DNA from: Selaginella moellendorffii
Lineage: Eukaryota; Plantae; Lycopodiophyta
DNA length: 64,000 nt
NCBI RefSeq assembly: GCF_000143415.4
Contig: NW_003314288.1
Coordinates: 1,172,677-1,236,676 of the forward strand
Reading direction: 5' to 3'
Positions within the stretch are counted from its first letter, which is position 1, and each line of letters starts with the position of its first letter. A program made the translations under genes and the position numbers. This document shows positions 59,350-64,000 of this stretch, piece after piece. The notes beneath the pieces are model-generated. The model had not been told where the DNA came from, ran no database searches, and saw nothing but the letters and a program-made list of their open reading frames with translations.

Positions 59350-60441
59350 TCGGGACCGAGACCGAGACCGAGGCCGAGGCCGAGACCGAGCCCGAGTCCG
59401 AGTCCGAGTCCGAGTCCGAGTCCGAGTCCGAGTCCGGAGCCTGAGAGGGTGAAAGCCCAAAGCGTTCGTCTCCCAGACCCTGGGGGGTTTGGTGAGCTCC
59501 AAAAGTATAGTAAGGGGGAGGACTGCAGTGGAGCCAGTTTGGCCAGGAAAGGCCAGTTTGGCCCAGGAAGGCCAGACCCAGTGTTGGGTGACGAACTGAC
59601 CACTGGGAAGTCCAAGACTAGAGTGAATACGGACCGACAAGCGGGGTAGCTTGGTGAAGTGTTCAAGAGCCGGCTCTAGTTCCCCCGGGAGATCGACTGG
59701 CCGATGCTCCCAGTCCAAGTGTGGGTGGCACTACCTACTTGGATACCAGGCGTGGCTCAACGGAACCTCACTCTAAGCCCATGGCTAGAGCACCTAAAGG
59801 CGAAAGGCGGGGAGAGTACCCAGGTGGCTCGCGTAAGGCCACGGTGTTCCGAAATGTTGTCCCAAAGGCCTAGACTGTGGAAAGGAAGAGGAGCAGTCCT
59901 CTAGGGTAGTGACCAAGGACACAGTCGTGTGGTGAGGAAGTCCCAGAGGACCATGGGACTTAGTGGTCGGGCCTGTGGGCCTCGATCCAGTGGCAGTGTT
60001 GGTAAACACGGCCAGGGGCAGAAAGGGACTTGGTAGGAACTGACAAAGGGACTTTGGGGAAGGCGATTCCCCAGGTTTGTGGGCACCCTAAGGATGCTAA
60101 GGAGTGGATCTAGGATGACCACTCGTGAACAGATGGCCCAGTCTTGGAGAGACGGGATGGTGATGCAAGTGGTATTGGACCACTAGTGCAGCAAAGGTGA
60201 ATGGGCATGGCCTTAGCGTAACGGGCCGAGATGTCAGTGGTACCTTTGGGTGTCGGTCTTCGGACCGGACACGTGGAGCACTTGGACCAGGTGCAAGTGT
60301 TGAGTGGCATGGATGCCATTCTTGGGGCTAGCAAGTCCCAAGTCCTGAATTGGACTAATGGAGGTTGTAAATGAGACTCCTCCAAATGGTCGGAGGTGTG
60401 GTTAAGTGACTAAAGTAGAATGGAAAATTTAGTCGCTTACA
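58726..60441 (+). mobile_element. Solo LTR (1.7 kb) related to element B LTRs, inserted in integrase of element D
   Basis: TG...CA ends; TSD GCAAG 58721-58725 and 60442-60446. Reverse complement starts TGTAAGCGACTAAATTTTCC (B: TGTAAGCCACAAATTTTTCC) and shares GGGAGACG..CTTTGGGCTTTCACCC plus the hexamer tract. Confidence 0.88.
58955..59437. repeat. Compound 12-bp (GATGGAGTCCGA) and 6-bp (GAGACC/GAGTCC) tandem repeats inside solo LTR
   Basis: Directly visible periodic sequence. Confidence 0.95.
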
Positions 60442-63400
60442 GCAAGCCATCAGGACCAACCTTTGAGCATCACCTTCTAGAATGTAAAGCTGCTCCCCAT
60501 GGTACAACAAGCCATCTAAGAACTCGATCTTGTCAAATCACCGGCAGTCAGGAGTCACTGAGTGTCCAGCCTGAAGATGGGGGAAAATGTTGCTGGCGAG
60601 GCCGTCGGATTGAAGATTGTTTCTGATCGTGTCCATCGAGGAGGAGTCCTAAAGGGCTAGGGAAATTGCCATAACTTGGAGCCGATCAGGATCGAGGATA
60701 ACCTGATCCTATTGATCTAAGGGAGGATTACCAAGTCTGAGACTGAGATAGGAGCGCCTTGAAAGAGCATCAGGAAGGCCCTGAAGCTTTCTAGGTCTGT
60801 ACATGATAAAAAAGTCAAACTGACTCAGGAATTGTGCCCACCTTGCCTTACGATGGCTCAAAATTCAGGAAGTGGCAAAGTACTCGAGATTTTTGTGATC
60901 CATCCAGACTGTTGTTTGATGGCTTGCCCCCTCCAAGAAACGATGCTACTCTCCAAAAGAATCCACGATGGCAAGGAGCTTCTTGTTCTAGATTTTGTAA
61001 TTGATCTCTGCAAGCTGGAATTTCCCAAGAATGAAAAGCGACTGGATGAAATTCCTGATCCGCTCTGAGTTGAGACAGCACAGCACCAATGGCAAAGTTG
61101 GAGGCGTCTACCTCGATGAAGAAAGGTTGTGAGGGATCAGCGTGGATCAAGACGGGAGCAGAACTGAAGGCCGCCTTGAGTGTGTCGAAGGCCTACTGGG
61201 CAACAGTAGACCAAGAGAAGAGAACATCCTTGCAAGTGAGATGCATGAGAGGAAGGACAATATCGGATTAGTGATCAATGAATTTGCAGTAGAAATTGGC
61301 GAAGCCAAGGAAAACTTGAATGTCCGACATTGATTGTGGAGGCTCCCATTCAAGAATAGTCTTGACTTTAGCAGGATCTTTTGTGATACCCTCAGGAGTG
61401 ACAATGTACCCAAGGAACTCCACAAACTCCTGATTGAAGGAACATTTCTCAAGCTTTGCATATAGGCCGTGTTCCCACAGCTTTGCCAGCACCTTACGCA
61501 CATGCTCGTCATGCTCCTCCTGAGTTTTTGAGTAGATGAGGATGTCGTCAATGTAGAAGATCACCATCTGATCAAGAAAGTCCTGAAAGACATTGTTCGC
61601 CATATGTTGGAAAATTGCTAGAGCATTTGTCAAGCCAAACGGCATGATAGTGTACTCGAATGCAATCTTCCATTTATTGTCAAGCCAGATCTAGATCAGG
61701 TTGTATGCTCCATAGAGGTCGATCTTGGTGAAGAAGCGAGCACCGTGGAGGTGTTCCAATAGGTCCGAGATCAGGGGCAGTGGATAATGGTTCGGAACAG
61801 TCACTTTATTCAAACCTTGGTAGTCGATGACTAGCCGCAAACTCCCATTCTTCTTCTTAACAAAGAAGACAGGCGGTCCAGCCGGGGACTGCGAATGCTG
61901 AATGTACCCCGATGCAAGGTTCTCGTCCACGTACTCTTTGAGGGCCTTAAGCTCGGACAGGGATAACCTGTAGATAGGCCCTCACGGAGGTGATGCTCTT
62001 TCCTATAAATCAATGGGACATTTGTAAGGCTGATAAATAGGTAGTACACTAGTTTTTTTCTTGTCAAACACATCCCCAAAATCATGATACTTCTCAGGAA
62101 GACTGACAGGAGAAACATGCAAAGAAAAAAGGAAAACAAGTTCTTCGTGAAGGAGTCCTTTCATAGTGATTGTGGAGATAGGAGGAGGTGTACAACTGAA
62201 TGGAATGATGGAACAAGGATATTGTCTAGTGTAAGATGGAAGAGAGGGAAAAGAAGATTGAGGGATAGGGAGCAAAGAGGGTGAAAACCTCATAGAGTCA
62301 GGAACAGAACCCCAATTTGAGTTTAGGGAACTTTTCCTGATTCAGACTCGATGAATAGTAGGGGAAGACATGGGAGAGGTGAGCTGTAATTCCTTCTAAC
62401 AGATCTGAGGCTGGTGCAGTTGGAACCAAGGAAGGCCGAGCACCACAGAGGAGGACTTGCTGTTGATGATTTTGAAGGCGATATCGGTGAAGGTGGATCT
62501 AATGTGTACTCAAATAAGAAACGTTTCCTTAAGTCTAGAAGATGCAGACACAAAATGCCTACCGATGCCTTCAATTCTCAGATCCCATATGGTAGGAGAA
62601 TGAGGAACATGATGTCGGGTAGGAAATTCCGTATTCATGAAGCAGGAAGTTGCACTCGAGTCCAATAGCACTAGAGCCTTGAGTCCTGATTGTCCAGTGA
62701 AAGAAAAGAGACATGGGATGTGGAAGTTGTGGGAATTGGTGGTGGCTTTGATGAAAGGTGGTGAGGAGCTTGATAAAGAAGAAAAGTGATTTTTATTTGG
62801 AGAGTCCAAACAAATAGCTCTTACTCTGTTTGGAAAGGGTCGTTTCTTGATTGCAACAGAGGTGGACCTTGAGGCAGAGTGAACTCAAGCAGTCGGGGAG
62901 GATTTTTGGGACATACAGCTACTTTGTGATTAAGATCAGCACAGTAGAGGCAAAGATTCTGAGATACTCGACATTGCTTCTCAGCAGGACTCAGCTTCCC
63001 TCTGATGAGTCAGGGAGTACCAAAAATATCCATCAGAACTAGAGCAGTAGGTTCAGGAGTATGCCTCAAAGACTCAAGCTGGGATTCTTGAGTCTGGGAC
63101 GGGAAAATGGCGGTGTGGCAACTTTTTTGATGACATTCAAAGAGACGATTGTCACATCGAACAACTTTGTTGATGGCGTCCAATAGGTCTGTGGGATCCT
63201 CCATGGTGAGCAACAAATCCTTGACACCGTTGTTGAGGCTGAAACAAAATTAATCAATCAAGGCCCACTCATCCCACTGAGTGTCCAAGGCAAGGAGTTG
63301 GAACTCCGCAGCATAGATCAAGGCAGGATGAGACCTTTGAGAGAGACGTCTCATCTTTGTGGTGGTAGCCCGAACCTAATCCATCTCGCCAAAACATGCT

Positions 63401-64000
63401 TCGAGCTTCTCTTTGAACAACTGAAGATCCATTAGCTCCGGAACCATGACCCCTTTCATGCTCTTCTGAAAGAAAGGAGAAAACCATGACAAAGCTGCAC
63501 CTTTGAGCAATGTCCCGATTGTGCTGATTTGAGACTCGAGAGTGGGGTACCGCCGATGTTGAAGTGCGAAGATCAGCTCCATTTGGTTTAGGAATTTGCA
63601 AAGCTCCGAACGCTTGCCTGAGAAGTTCGCCGGGAAACTCACCTTCGGTTCAGGAACTCTGCTTGATCCTTGAGCCAAAAGTCAAGCAAGCTCCTATTGC
63701 ATGTGAAGAAGGGTCACCTTCAGCTCAATATTCTCAAACTGGATTTTTGCAAGGACTTTGGCGAAGGAATCAAGATGGCTTGGAGACTCCATCGGCAAAG
63801 AAGAAAGAAAGGGGGGGAAAAAAGGCAAAGGCAATCAAACAATCAAAACGAGCTAAAGTAAAAGCACAAAGCACAATCTGAATCAAATTGTCAAGACCCT
63901 GAAAAACATTAGGACTTGAAAATGCAAAACACAAAGAGAAAATCTAGTGGAGATGAAAAAGAAGCCTTAAACTGGCATTGATCAGATGAGAGAAATGGGA

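Larger units (their letters stand above)
56993..64000 (-). mobile_element. Ty3/gypsy chromovirus D (Tf1/sushi/Tcn1-like), degenerate; 5' LTR runs off window
   Basis: 3' LTR 56993-57353 with PPT GAGGAGGGGGTGC; 5' LTR from 63889. Gag, PR (LLDSSAT), RT (MPFGLTNA, YIDDILIYS), RH (VDASNFAIGAVLSQ), IN and chromodomain remnant, all disrupted. Confidence 0.9.

Overview
Eukaryotic plant nuclear DNA, most likely the lycophyte Selaginella (inferred from 38-70 nt introns, very tight gene spacing and abundant PLS-class PPR genes). 1-18.6 kb is gene-dense: the 3' end of a Gnk2/DUF26 gene, three PLS-E PPR genes, an 8-exon DnaJ (ATJ6/DNAJC9-like) gene, and a tandemly duplicated cluster of germin-like genes/pseudogenes with a small secreted Cys/Trp-repeat peptide gene and its pseudogene. 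19.1-43.5 kb is a four-layer transposon nest: old Ty3/gypsy A (TSD AATTG) > chromovirus B (TSD CATAT; no RT; GT-AG introns inside integrase) > 13.1-kb TIR DNA transposon C > solo LTR. Element C is the most unusual object. It has a Sola-like DDD transposase on + and, divergently on -, a >=10-exon, ~1,640-codon accessory gene (ParB-like, degenerate amino-methyltransferase-like, acidic linker, FCP1/NIF HAD-phosphatase domain). It also carries about 20 copies of a 22-bp palindrome (consensus ATGGCATGWGGCCWCATGCCAT) that I saw only inside this element, often within its tiny introns. 43.5-64 kb holds an RRP5 pseudogene fragment, a Harbinger transposase remnant, a PPR-DYW gene with five 333-bp repeats and an N-terminal OSB PDF motif, and more gypsy elements, one with a self-priming-type PBS. 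All analysis was by eye; domain calls need HMM or structure confirmation.
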